DNA of 64,000 nt, from contig NC_058368.1 of assembly GCF_018350175.1 (NCBI RefSeq), positions 99,326,001 to 99,390,000 on the forward strand. Direction: 5' to 3'. The notes beneath the pieces are model-generated. The model ran no database searches, had not been told where the DNA came from, and saw nothing but the letters and a program-made list of their open reading frames with translations. This document shows positions 46,921 to 60,110 of this stretch, one piece after another; position 1 is the stretch's first letter, and each line of letters starts with the position of its first letter. This DNA is from Felis catus (taxonomy: Eukaryota). The position numbers were made by a program, and so were the translations under genes.

Positions 46921-47029
46921 CTATGCCCCCTTTTAAGTGGCTGATGAGTAGATACATGCTGTGATAGAGATGTTAACAGTGTCTAATACAAACTCATCAT
47001 GTCTAGACACGAGCTTCTCTTCATTTTTT

Positions 47030-47790
47030 TTCTCATTTTTATTCATGGGCCTATTATTCAACCTGTAACTACAGCTTTTTGTTTCTATCAACTTCTCATA
47101 TCAGCCAATTGGTTGCCCTGTTCTGACAAACTTATCTTTTTTTAAACTTAAATTTTTATAAACTCCTGGGTCATCTTATTTTCATTTCTCTTGTTATCAC
47201 CCGTGTTCACTATTATTTGTGTTTTACCTGGGCATAATGTAATCTTTAAGCTAAAATACATCAACCTGACTCTCAGATCTAAAAGTCGTGTGTAAGTTGG
47301 TTGCATGTAGGATAAAAGATAAAAATTTTAAGTGGGCTTTAAAGCCCTTAGTATCTAGTGTCTTCATATGGCTGTAAATTTATCTCATGTTGTTCTGTGT
47401 ACAAATTGCTTGTCATGTTTTTCTTCTCTCAGCTACTTGGAGACTTTTCCCACCTTGAATTCCATACACATGCTGTCCCCTCTGCTTCAAGAGTTCTTTT
47501 ACTCCTTTGTCTCCTTCAGGATTTAGCTTGGATACTATTTCCTGAAAGAAAACTTACGTTACCACCCAACCCCAAACAGGCCTGTCTTCCAATCTCCCTC
47601 TTTATCTTTCTGCTTCTAGGGATAACTGTAACTTTTAAGAAATAGATTTTAAATTAGGTTTGCAGCGTTTAACTGTTTTTCCCTTACCATAAACTACATA
47701 GCTTACACATTTGTCTCTTCCCATTACTGTGGCTGGCACATAGTCCATGAACGCTCAGGAATATTTGAATAAGCAAATGAATGAATGAGC
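47030..47790 (+). mobile_element. L2 relic
   Basis: CACATGCTGTCCCCTCTGC; 3' end CTGGCACATAGT..GCTCAGGAATATTTGAAT..AATGAATGAATGA. Confidence 0.7.
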
Positions 47791-49645
47791 TGTATTCCAT
47801 GACTCTTTTCTTAGCTTCCATTCTGACTTCCGCTTTGCTTTCAGAGTAATCTTCCACAACAAACTCCAGGTCACTTTTTTTTTTAAATCTAAATATTATC
47901 AAAATTCTCTAAGTTCTTACGAAATTTAGAATGATTAAAAAATACTGACACCTAATACTGACTTCTAAAAGAAGTCCCAGACTTACCAGTGTATTTTTAT
48001 GTGATACTCTGACAAAGCTTATTTTCTCACTGTATGGTTTTCACGAAGTTATTCTCTCTGGGCGAAACAAAAACAAAGAAACAGAATTCTGTTGCTCTAT
48101 ACTTCTGCTTGTTCTTTCTGAGCCCAGCTAAGCTCCACTCTTCCATGAAGCTATCTCCCCATGCGCTCCGTGTAGAAGACATCCTAGCAACTTCTAAATC
48201 CCCACATCTCTCTTCCCAAATATCTTTGTAATACGCTCATCTGTAAGATTGCTTCACATTAATCCGATGCTATATGCACTTCACAAAGGGTATGGGGCTA
48301 TCCTAGTCTCTTTAGTGTTTACCTCTAGAATTAGATGAATATTTTTACTAGAATAATTACCACAATTTCATACACCACGGTGAGTACAGACTAAAGTGTA
48401 TACTTGAGGAAATACATATAATTTTTTAGACCAACACCTATCATTTACTTTCAGATTTGTCCACACACTGTGATACATGGTGTGTGTTTTGCAGTTTAAA
48501 CTATAATTCAGGTACAGGAAGTGTTCTCATTAAGATCACACATTCCAGGGGAGGTCAGATGTTGTTCTAATCAGGAAGTCCTGTCTTGACGCTGCTAATT
48601 AGTATTCTGAATATCAGGGTTTTTTTTTTCTTTTTTGTAGGACAGTGGTTGAATGTTTCCTCACATTACGAGTGTTCAAGTAGACTGTTCATAAAATTCA
48701 GCGTAGTGAAGTTAGTGGGTTTGCATCAAATATCTTAGGGTTATGCCTCAGTCTACATGAACTAAGTATGGGAATGCAGCCAAGTGTGGAGCCTAAACTA
48801 CTAGGCTTTAGGAATGAGAGCCAGGTCCTGGCCCTGTGTTCAGTCAGGTGCTTAAATTTCAGCTCCTCTGATGCCGAAGAAAGGGTAACAGTTGTGCCTC
48901 TGGGATGCTGCTGTGTGCGATATCAAAGAATCCTAGAAGTTGTCACACCTGCATTTGACATATTATACCAAAAGTATTTTATCCTTCAAGGAATATTTTT
49001 CTTCTCCTTTGCTTTAGGAAATGTTTTGGAAAATATATCTATATTCATATTAAAATTTAAAAACTTTTTCCCTGACTTGATGATGAAGACAAAGTAATTC
49101 ATGAAGTTTTTCTGGATCTTTTATTAAGCTAGTTTTGCCTCAAAAGTATATAATTCATGATAAGGAAAGCACACATATTTTGTTTAAATATGATTATGTA
49201 TTACTACTAAGGCAGATTCTCTCAGAGGTGAAAAATATATATTCAAATGCTAACAAAACTATCCACATCAGCATCAGTTTAAGCGAAACTCTATAAAGGA
49301 ATTTGTTTCTTACTATGAAAGATTAACTCATATTTTCACTTTTAGAAAATTTTAGAATAATGTTTTCTGATACCTACAGAACACTTCAACAATGTGGCCA
49401 AAAAAATTTTTTTTGTAGGTCTATCTTTTCCTTTTATGTTGCAGAACCTCCCTTTTGTTATAAGGCTCAGCATACTTGTTGATGTCCAAAATGCTGGGCA
49501 CAATCTTCCCTAACTTTTTATCCCTGTTGAGTTACTCTTTTTTCAATCTGTTTTGTAAATCACAGATGGCCTTCAATTGCACTTGCTATATTCCACTTCC
49601 AGTCAGCTGTCTCAGCCTACAGTCTTTTGACCCAGGGTGGCCCGC

Positions 49646-49862
49646 TATTTTTTTACTAAATTTGTTTTAAGTTTATTTTTGAAAGAGAGCGGGACAGAGC
49701 ATGAATGGGGGAAGGGCAGAGAGGGAGACGCAGAATCCAAAGCAGGCTCCAGGTTCTGAACTGTCAGCCCAGAGACCGACGCAGGGCCCCACCTCGCGAA
49801 CTACCAGATCATGATCTGAGCCGAAATCGGACACTTAGCTGACTGAGCCACGCAGGTGCTCC
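49646..49862 (-). mobile_element. Can-SINE
   Basis: CCCAGGGT(G/A)GCC on both flanks. Confidence 0.93.
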
Positions 49863-50552
49863 CCAGGGTAGCCGCCGCCCCCCCCCCTTTTTCAATTATC
49901 ATGTATTGTCTGAAATTTCTGTTTTCAGTGTTTTAATATATATCTTAGATTTATGATTTAACTGGAATTCTTGGAGCTTCGTTATTATTCACACTGTGCC
50001 CAGAACTGTGTCTTAAGCCTAAAAAACACTCCATAGGTAACTCTGTTGATTATGACAACAAGGTAGTACTCTAAAAAGAGCAATTTAAAGATTTAAAGCG
50101 ATTTAAATTATGCCACTAATTTGTATATCAGGTTATTGTCTATAGATGCTCAATTTTTATCGAATATCACTTGTACTTGTTTTTAAATCTGCATTCCTTT
50201 CCATCATTGTAATATTTCCATTTTGCAAAACTCTCAAAAGATGATTTTAGAAGTTATAGTATCTTTTGTTAGAACTGATTTTGTAATAGGAAATCAGATC
50301 CAGAGCAAGATGGCCCTGGGCTAGTAATGAACCCATTTGCCAATTTTCCAGAAACTAATATTTTGGAAACAAATTAATATTTCCAAACAATATTTGGAAA
50401 CAAATGGAAATTTCAGAAAGGAGCCACATCTCAAAGGAGCCGCTAAAATTTAAAATAAGTTAGTCTAAATGTAAGTAGGGAACAAAGTAAATGGAGAAAC
50501 AAATGTCCTCTCATACTTTTTAAACATATCCTTAAACTAATAGTTAATTTGA

Positions 50553-51090
50553 AAATATTATTAAATATCTACTATGTGCCAGACACTGTTCTTAGTGCCT
50601 GGGATAAATCATCAACAGGAACCCTTGCCTCAGTTTTCTATTATGGGCCAAGTACTGGCAGCAGAAACCTGTGGATTGTATATACTACTAAGCAGTGATA
50701 ATCACCTTGACTAAAGTTCAGGGTAGGTCAAGCAATAGGTGGTAGAAAGTAAGGAGGACGGCAGCGATGGAGGAGAGGCTACTGTAAAGAACGTCCTTGG
50801 AGAAGGCTTCCCTGGGAAAGCAGTGCTTGAGTTTATGCACGAATGAAATAAGGGGGATATATGGAAGAATCAGATAGAATAAAGAGGTAAGAGCAGGGGC
50901 AGAGTTCTGGGGAGGGCCTGAGTTTGGAGATTTCCTTTCTGAAGAAATCCAAGATGGCTGGGGTGACGAACGCTGATAACCACGTATGGCTCTCTAACTT
51001 AGAAAGGAGTAAGGATTATTTTCTAAACGGGATTGAAAGCCAGTGGGTGGTTTTAAGCAGACGAATGACAAATGACTCGTTTTGAGGTCT
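50553..51090 (-). mobile_element. L2 relic
   Basis: ATCTACTATGTGCCAGACACTGTTCTTAGTGCCTGGGAT..GGAGAAGGCTTCCCTG..GGTTTTAAGCAG. Confidence 0.75.
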
Positions 51091-52371
51091 CTTTCCTTTT
51101 TTGCTCTCTATTCACCTTGTGCCGTCTCCACTTGTCCCGAGTGCACGATAAATAGTCAGAGGGAGAGTCACATGGCTTCAAACAAGCTGGACTCTGATCA
51201 CAGCGCATGGCTGGCTCATCCATGTTACCTGACAGTCTGAATAACTGACTGGTCGCAAGAAACTATGACAGTTTTCCCATTTTGTTCAAATTTGTCAACT
51301 GATTTATTAATGTCTGTCTGGAATTAGAGAATAACTTAAATTGAGATATTGGGATAATGAGTAGAATTTTTTTTCTTGGAGGAGCAAGAAATAATTCTGA
51401 GTGCTGGGTTTTAAAGCTTCCCAAGCCTTTGAGACAAATATCCATGATGACAGAAGACAGACAGGCAGAAAGAAGTATCTCTTCCTCTCCTCTAAGGGAC
51501 AGGATCTCTGTTGGGCTAATTGAGGGTGCTTAAAGGCCCTGGGTTATATTTCTCTTCCCAGACCCACCTGATAAAAAGATATTTTTTATAGTATTTTGTT
51601 AATCATTATAAGTTTTATAAATATACTTTTTTATGGAGTCTAGTATTGTATATTGCTTTAATGATAGCTACCTTGTCTTAGGTGGATTTCAATATATCAT
51701 CTTTATCTTCCTGACAGGTACTTTCTCAGAATTCACTGTCTGTGCATTTAAGTAAGATGAAGTACTCTGTTCCCTATCACACTGTATCCCTGGGTGGTTC
51801 GTTTTATGATGACAATGACATGATGTTGATACTGAAGTGATATGGAAAGTCACGTCTTAGGATGCAGACAGACGGGGCTTTATTTTAGGTGCTGAAATGG
51901 TGAACATGAACTTCGTATCAAATGACATACATGGGGAATCATTCAGTATTTTTAATATCTGCCGTCATAGTTTATTCCATGTTAAAACATGCACAGATCC
52001 AGACTCTGTTGCTAGGTCTTGTTCTCTTCAAGATTTTATGTCACAAACTGACCAGTAAGTACTTCATTGTCTAGACACCTCAGAACCCATGAAAACTCAT
52101 TAATTCTTTGCCCTATTCCTGTGGACATTGTTCTCCTAGTAGGGCAAGAAAGTCAGCACTCCCAGCATGTTGACTATCTCTTGATCTAAAATGCATTTTA
52201 ATTTCTTAATGAATTCAAGAAGTATAAATAGAGCCATAGAGGCTGACTAAGTCAGTATTGTTGTTATTATTGTTATTTTTATGAATTTAGCATGAATGTA
52301 TAAATGTAATAGTGCTTTTCAATATGTCCTAGGCATTCTTCATGAACTTCTTTTTTTTCTGTGTAATTAAA

Positions 52372-52580
52372 AAAAATTTTTAATGTTTATTTATTTTTGA
52401 GAGAGAGACACAGAGCGTGAGCCAGGGAGGGGCAGAGAGAGGGGAGACACAGAATCTGAAGCAGATTCCAGGCTCTGAGCTGTCAGCGCAGAGCCCAATA
52501 TGGGGCTTGAACCCACAAACTGGGAGATCATGACCTGAGCTGAAGTCAGACACTTAACTGACTGAACCATTCAGGCACCC
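52372..52580 (-). mobile_element. Can-SINE
   Basis: Full body, CAGGCACCC head. Confidence 0.94.
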
Positions 52581-52621
52581 ACTTTTTAATTAAAAAAAAA
52601 AAAGTTTTTCTGTGTAGTTTT

Positions 52622-52850
52622 TTTTTTTTTTTAATTTCTTTTTTCCAACGTTTTTATTTATTTTTGGGACAGAGAGAGACAGAGCATGAATGGGGGAGGG
52701 GCAGAGAGAGAGGGAGACACAGAATCGGAAACAGGCTCCAGGCTCTGAGCCATCAGCCCAGAGCCTGACGCGGGGCTCGAACTCATGGACTGCGAGATCG
52801 TGTCCTGGCTGAAGTCGGACACTTAACCGACTGCGCCACCCAGGCGCCCC
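52622..52850 (-). mobile_element. Young SINEC_Fc-type SINE
   Basis: TSD TGTGTAGTTTT at 52611-52621 and 52851-52861. Confidence 0.96.
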
Positions 52851-52989
52851 TGTGTAGTTTTAAAAATCTACTAAGGTGCCATGAGTGAGACCATGGACAA
52901 GCTTATATAGAAGCTTGACCCTAGGATTTCTTTATTCATTAAAAATGACACGAAAGAAAGAAAAAGGTGAGATAGCCATCCGTAGTTTT

Positions 52990-53260
52990 TGTTGTTTGGA
53001 AAAGTACAAATGGAGCCACCATCAACTGAGAGGTTTTAGACAGATTTAGCTGGAGGCATCTTAACATTCAGTGGAAATGTTGAGTAGGTAGCTGCATATA
53101 AGAGTTCAGAGTTCTTCAAAAGATCTGTGTTAGAGTTAGACATTTTTTAATAGTCATCATACAGATTTTATTTAAAGACTCAATGAGAAAATTAATGCTA
53201 TAAGTTTAAATAGATGACTCATAAGTGAGTTTTGGGATACTTCAATGTTAAGAGGTCCAT
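52990..53260 (-). mobile_element. L2 relic
   Basis: AGTGGAAATGTTGAGTAGGTAGCTGCATATAAGAGTTCAGAGTTC. Confidence 0.6.
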
Positions 53261-53901
53261 TAGATTCAAAATAAGATATACTTGAACTTGGTAACTGCGC
53301 ATTAATAATTTGCTCCAAAATGAATCAAGGAAGAGACAAGATATTCAATGCATACACAATGGGACTATAAGTGGATACATAGGGTTTTTTTTTTACATTA
53401 ATATTCTACAATTAGGTACATTATAGATTTCTAGAGAGCAAGAACTATGCTCTTCTCAAATTATTTTGATGATTTATAATGTTTTCAAAATATTGACCTC
53501 AATTTATAGTAGAGAAATAAGAACTGTATATTTTTAGATAATAATTTCTATGTTCTCAAGGGGATATCTGGAGATAGGGCACTTATTTCTTAAATTCCTA
53601 TTTTCATTAAAGAAACCTTAAAATGATATCTAAAATTGGAAATCTTTGCAATTTTTATTACATTATTATCAGCTCTTTTCAGGTGTTGCATACTTTATTC
53701 CCTTATTTTTATTAAGACTTTGAGCATTTCCTTCAATTATTTAATTAAAGTCGTAGAAAAATAACATAGGTTTCATTCTAGGACACATACTCTAAGATTT
53801 CTTAACTTCTTTGGCTCTATTAAATGTTATTTGTGTCATGAAATACTATGTTTTGGATATGATTGACTTAGATTGTATGTTAGCATCTACTCAAACTTAA
53901 T

Positions 53902-54112
53902 TTTTTTTTCAAATTTTATTTATTTTTGGGACAGAGAGAGAGAGAGCATGAACAGGGGAGGGGCAGAGAGAGAGGGAGACACAGAATCGGAAGCAGGCTC
54001 CAGGCTCTGAGCCATCAGCCCAGAGCCTGACGCGGGGCTCGAACTCACAGACCGCGAGATTGTGACCTGGCTGAAGTCGGAGGCTTAACCGACTGCGCCA
54101 CCCAGGCGCCCC
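53902..54112 (-). mobile_element. Young SINEC_Fc-type SINE
   Basis: Perfect 18-bp TSD CATCTACTCAAACTTAAT at 53884-53901 and 54115-54132. Confidence 0.97.
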
Positions 54113-54850
54113 AACATCTACTCAAACTTAATACACATAGGCTTTTGCAAATTGAAATTTGCTCTTAATCAAGAGTTATCATGGGAATTAGGGTGGTCAG
54201 GTATGTATTTCCGTGCATGTGCTTGTGTGTATATGCATTGTATCTCATGTGTCTATGTGTGTGGTATATGTTTGTCTGAGGGCACAGTGTTACTGTTTAC
54301 TGCTTTTTATATTAATCTTCATAAACAGGCATAGATATGTATAAGTAATGCAAAATTAGTATATATTGATCATCTGTTAGAAGCCAGCCATCAAGGAAGG
54401 TAGTAGTTATACCAAAAAAGGCACTATCTTATCTCATAAACTTCTCATTTACCTCTTGCAGAATTTAAAAACTGCAGTGATTTGTTTCTCTAAATTTGCA
54501 AAGAAAGTTCCCTCGTAGCAACTGTTCCTTTAGAGAGCTCAGTAGGGTAAAAACATACCAAACATTATTATGATATAGTGTGAAAAGTGAGGCAGTAGAA
54601 AATGAACAGCTAAAGGGACTGATAAACTTTACTGGGCATAACAGGAAGGGTTTCCATATAGTAGGGGCAGTTGCTATACTTCTGGAAGCCGGTCTTAAAT
54701 TCCTGCCATCCCATCCCTTTCTTCTTAGTTAACCGCTTGTCATCCACCAGTTCTCAGTTCCTGTCATTTTTTGGAGATGCCTTCTCCGACCCTCCGGTTT
54801 ATCATCTTCCTTTGTTCATTTCCTACCACTAATCTGGTCTGGTGTTTGCG

Positions 54851-55010
54851 TTTTCCTTTTTCTTTTCCCTTCCCATTCCTGTCCCTTGCCTTGCCTTGCC
54901 TTGCCTTCCCTTCCCTTCCCTTCCCTTCCCTTTCCTTCCCTCCCCTCCCCTTCCCTTTCCTTCCCTCCCCTCCCCTCCCTTCCCCTCCCCTCCCCTCCCC
55001 TCCCCTTCCC
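54851..55010. repeat. Compound pentanucleotide pyrimidine tract (CCTTG)n(CCCTT)n(CCCCT)n
   Basis: Directly visible; adjoins a SINE tail. Confidence 0.95.
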
Positions 55011-55044
55011 ATACTCTTTGCTCTTCCCCTTTCCTTCTCTTCCC

Positions 55045-55059
55045 TTATTTATTTATTTT

Positions 55060-55096
<37 letters not shown>

Positions 55097-55276
55097 GGAG
55101 AGGGAGAGAGAGGAAGGGAGGGAGGGAGGGGCAGAGAGAAAGGGAGAGAGAGAGAATGCCAAAGAGGCTCCACACTGTCAGTGAGGAGCTCCTTGCAGGG
55201 CTTGAACCTATGAACCATGAGATCATGACCTCAGTTGAAGTCAGATGCTTCACTGACTGAGCCACCCAGGTGCCCC
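55045..55276 (-). mobile_element. Can-SINE with expanded GA region
   Basis: GAGATCATGACCTCAGTTGAAGTCAGATGC..CCCAGGTGCCCC. Confidence 0.94.
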
Positions 55277-55809
55277 TGGTCTTTCTTTTCTTAATTTATA
55301 GTAATGAATTCGCCACTGAAATGATGTGCATGCATTTCCCTGAAGTACCTTCCCTTTTGGACGCCTCAGTGTGTCACTTTGTTTGGTTTGGTATCTCAGC
55401 CCCTAGCAGAGTGTCTGGCCTGACCAATAGGAAGAACTTATTAACTGCTTACTGGATGAAAAATTAAGACATTAAAAAAGGAGTTGAACTTTTGGATACC
55501 TTGGTAAAATAGAAGTGTATAGTCCTATTAGATCCTTTAAATAAGTAATTGACATTTTCATACCTCTTTGTACTAATTTTATGCAATTTGAGTGATAATT
55601 GGCATCTTTGGGCTGTTAGATATAGTACTTCCCAAACACATTTATTCATTTCGCTCTCTAGTGAGTTTACATATTGTCTTAGTAATTTATACATTTTTCT
55701 CTCTGTTGATCTTCAGTGTCTCCTCATAATTTAAGTCTTTTCCATTTCAGCTTCTTCATATTTCATCCAAAGTATTATATTCTGGATTTTTTTTCTTGGC
55801 AATGTTTTT

Positions 55810-56012
55810 TTTTTTAATTTTTTTAATGTTTATTTATTTTTGAGAGAGTGAGAGAGGGGCAGAGAGAGAGGGGGAGACACAGAATCTGAAGCAGGCTCTA
55901 GCCTCTGAGCTGTCAGCACAGAGCCCGACATGGGGCTCAAACTCATGAATCACACGATCATGACCTGAACCAAAGTCGGATGCTTAACTGACTAAGCCTC
56001 TCAGGCACCCCG
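55810..56012 (-). mobile_element. Can-SINE
   Basis: TSD TTCTTGGCAATGTTTTT at 55793-55809 and 56014-56030. Confidence 0.95.
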
Positions 56013-56877
56013 ATTCTTGGCAATGTTTTTAACCTTAGCCTCTTCCCACCCCCAAACATAGTACGCTGGGCCTGTCACTCATAATTTATTCTAAATTCTC
56101 TTTGCAAAATTGACAGTAATTATAATAGATGACTGTTGGCATTTAAAAATGATGTTTAATTTTTAATCATTATCCAGTGTGTTGAAATTCTAACATCAGA
56201 AAAAAAAATGTTTCACCTCTGGAATGCACTTTCCAAAGGAAATGGCTCTCGTTGAGTGTATTGTTTTTTCCACAAAGAAGTTGTCATTTTTGGTGCATGA
56301 TTACTTAGAATCAGTTTTAACTAATGAGACTAATTGCTTTTGTCAGACAGAAATGAGAGAACTTGGTCTTTCATAGCATTACAAAGATTCTCACTTGTTG
56401 GCAGTTTTTCCTTTTGAATTTCTTTAATCAAAGATGAAACATGTAAATTGCCATCAAAAGGAAAATAACCTACAGTGCTTTATGAGAAATCAAGTTGGGG
56501 CAAAGAATATTAGAATCCTAGGGAGTTGCAGTGCATTAAGTTAAAAGATATTACATATTTATGGGAAAGAGCATCATACACGTTTTATAGAAAATGAAGG
56601 CGGCCAAATCTGTGCATGGGCAAAAGCTAACTCTCAGTTGTTTCTGAAAGGACTTTTTTGAAGACAGTGGCCTCTGTCCACCCCTAAAATAACATCTCTA
56701 AAATTTCCACTGCTTGCATTAGAAAATCTCCCTTAGAGCGAACCCTTTGTTGTGAGCATATCTCAATGATACATATTGGCGAATGGACATCAACTGTGTA
56801 TTGATTAGTCAGTTAACTAAAATCAGATAGTGGAGCAAGAAGATAACGTTGAACTACTTAGATGTATAGTGTAAATA

Positions 56878-57352
56878 TCATGCTGTGAGGACTCTGGATT
56901 TTGCTGTGCTTCTTGGAAGAGTATTGATGTCTTCATTTCAGCCTAGTAGGCATTAAATTAGTTGGACTCAAACTGTCAACTCTTGTATTTCGGTGTCAGG
57001 TCAAAAGTCTACATATGTTCTTCTATTCCTGGCTGGGCTGCTTTGGGGTACGACCTACTCATGCATGACTCTGGTTTGCTTGGAGATTCTGGAAGAGTTT
57101 ACATACAGATTTGGAATATTTCCTCTCTAGTTCTATTCTTGATGTGATTCTCCCTACATCTCCGAGTTTGTTGTCTCATATTCTCTCCAGCTCCTCAGGC
57201 CATTTAGAGTTTCTCCTGGTTCAACCATATCTGGCCTCAATCCAGAAGGCACGAAAATGCGAAATTCACCCACTGCCACTCTCTTCTTCCAAATATCATC
57301 CCCTTTCCAGAATCATCTGCCTCTTAATTTTTTTCTAAAGTTTATTTATTTT

Positions 57353-57404
<52 letters not shown>

Positions 57405-57690
57405 ACACAAGCAGAGGGAGGCAGAGAGAGAGGGAGAGAGAGAATCCTAAGGCAGCTCCACGCTGTCAGTGCAGAAGCCCAGTGCAGGGCTGGATCCCAC
57501 GAACCATGAGATCATGACCTGAGCCAAAAACAAGAGTTGGACGCTTAACCGACTGAGCCACCCAGGCACCCCATCTGCCTCTGTTCTCCCTTTACTACTT
57601 TGAGAGGCCATGTTCTGTATTCTGTCCAGAGCTTGCACTTATCTCCAGGGAGAGAGTTGTTCTAACAGAAGCTTATTTCGTCCTCCGTAT
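56878..57690 (-). mobile_element. Ancient L1/HAL1-type 5' region relic
   Basis: GACTCTGGATTTTGCTGTG..GAAGAGTATTGATGT..TTGGACTCAAACTG. Confidence 0.45.
57325..57571 (-). mobile_element. Can-SINE with (GA)n
   Basis: TSD CATCTGCCTCT at 57314-57324 and 57572-57582. Confidence 0.95.
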
Positions 57691-59141
57691 GGTTTTACAA
57701 TCAAAGTGATTGATTCATTCTAATTTTGTCTGAGGTCATCTATGTATCAAGAATATTATATGGGCTTCTTTTCCACTGCAGTTTATAAAATCTCCGTATT
57801 TATAAACTAAAACTTAAAGATTTAAAATAGTATGCCATAGCTTTGAGAGCTCAATGTTTCTTATTTTTAAAGCCATTAATAAGTCATTATGAAACTGAAA
57901 GTGACGACTTTGCCTTTCTTTAAACTGCAGTTTTTAGCCAGATGAAATGATACTGGCATCTCTTAATCATTGAAGTTTACTTTGGGCTCCTTCTGCCAAA
58001 TGTTATGGTGTGTTAGATCTGTTTATCTGGATAACATACACTTTGAGTACCCATAACATGAGAGCAGAAGCTTGTGGTGGCGTAACCTCCAAAGTTTTTC
58101 CAGAGAGAGAGGGAGAAAGGAGAGCGGACAAAAAGGACTGTGACCGAGAGCTGCCTATGGCCAGAAATAGAGATGGTGGCAATTGGTGCTTTAGTCCAAG
58201 GCAGAAGGTCTGAGCAGGGTGAGCTGTAATTCTGAGGTTTACTTCTGAGAAGCAAAGAGACAGTGGAAGGGACTTTGCTGGTTATACAGAACCTTTTGTG
58301 TTAAAAGATTGTTTCTGAGATTCTCTTATTAAAGGCATTTCTTGCCATTTCTTGCACTTTTACTTGTATCATTGGAAAATTGGGTGTCAGCTGTCACAGA
58401 ATAGAACATTGATGCTTCCAGTGACCTTCTTATGTATAATACTGACAGTTTTCCATTTTCGGACCACACCAATGAATAAATGAAGGAATGAATGAATGAC
58501 CAATTAGAATTGGTTAGGAAGGCCTGGAATGTATCTGGCCAGGACGAGAGTGAATTCTTCAACAAATTTTTCTTTTCCGTGCTAGGACTTAGCAAGTCCT
58601 TAACCATGATACAGAGAATTGAACTAAATCAGGGTTTAAAGATTTTATATTAGGAAACATTTCAGTCCCTTTTATTAGAAGATTACAATATTAAGCGATA
58701 CTAATGTAGTATAAACACTTCAGCAGACGGAGCAGAAGGGAAATGTAAGGAGGAAAAAATGTGTGAAATGAGCTTTGGTGGATTACCCTAAGGAAATATT
58801 AAGTTTCTCACATTTGTAATAGTTTTAGCTGAAGAGTCTTTTTAGTGAGATGATTCTAGAATTCGAATTGCATTTCAGAGTCTCATAGTATTTCAGAAAT
58901 GCAGACCATTAGATATGCAAGATCTTTTTTGTTCTAATGTGCCCCTCAAATAAATAATATTGTTTATGCCACAAAGTGTCTCAAAATAACTCTAACATGT
59001 CCTTAGTGGAAGTATGACAGTGCATAGATCTATATGACATGAGGTCCATTATAATATGAAAAGATGATGTGGTGTATCGCCCAGAAGTGGCACAGAAGTA
59101 CATTGACATGACCCAGTGTGACACTTAAAAGCTATAGAAGA

Positions 59142-59366
59142 GGGGTGCCTGGGTGACTCATTTGGTTAACAGTCCAACTCTTGGCTTCGGCTCAGGTCAT
59201 GATCTCGTGGTTCCTAAGTTTGAGCCTCACTTCGGACTCCACGCTGATGGTGCGGAGCCTGTTTGGGATTGTCTCTCTTACCTCTCTCTGCCCCTCCTCT
59301 GCTTGTGCTCTCTTTCTCTCAAAATAAATACATAAACTTAAAAACAAAGAATTTCTTAAAAGAAAC
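59142..59366 (+). mobile_element. Can-SINE
   Basis: Perfect TSD AAAAGCTATAGAAGA at 59127-59141 and 59367-59381. Confidence 0.95.
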
Positions 59367-59513
59367 AAAAGCTATAGAAGATCGTAATTATGCAACCTAA
59401 TGTCTCTAGCATCTGGCCAAATTTGTGGAAATAACAAGGATTCTCAGATCTGCAAACTATGACAAGGTTAGGAATCTGAGGCGATGATCTGTAGATGATG
59501 AGTTTAGATTATT

Positions 59514-59543
59514 CTTTTAATAAATTGATTGATTAAACTATCT

Positions 59544-59583
<40 letters not shown>

Positions 59584-59620
59584 GAGAGTGGGCATGTGAG
59601 CAGAGGGTTTGGGGGAGGGG

Positions 59621-59662
<42 letters not shown>

Positions 59663-59794
59663 CAGGGTGCAACAGACAGAGAGAGAGAATATCCCAAGGA
59701 GCTGATGTGGAGCTGGATCCCATGACCCTGGGATCATGATCTGAGCTGAAATCAGAAATCAGTTGCTCAACTGAATGTGCCATCCAGGTGCCCC
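59514..59794 (-). mobile_element. Can-SINE (older) with (TTTA)n tail and (GA)n
   Basis: TSD TAGATTATT at 59505-59513 and 59795-59803. Confidence 0.92.
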
Positions 59795-59807
59795 TAGATT
59801 ATTACTA

Positions 59808-60022
59808 AATTTTTTTTTAATGTTTATTTATTTTTGACAGAGAGAGAGACAGAGCATGAGACAGGGAGGGGCAGAGAGAGAGGGGGAGACACAGAATCCG
59901 AAGAAGGCTTCAGGCTCCGAACTGTCAGCACAGAGCCTGATGCGGTTTCGAACCCACAGACCGCGAGATCATGACCTGAGCCCAAGTTGGACACTCAACC
60001 TACTGAGCCACCCAGGCGCCCC
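59808..60022 (-). mobile_element. Can-SINE
   Basis: Full body, CCAGGCGCCCC head. Confidence 0.95.
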
Positions 60023-60110
60023 AAATTATTTAAAGACATTTTGAAGGAAATGAGAAAAATAAAGTGCCTGAAGACAATGAAAGTTGGGTTTTCATTGCAT
60101 TCAGCGTTTT

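Noticed and set aside
54764..55265. Pro/Ser-rich and Gly/Arg/Glu-rich ORFs
   Set aside because: Pentamer repeat and SINE (GA)n translations.
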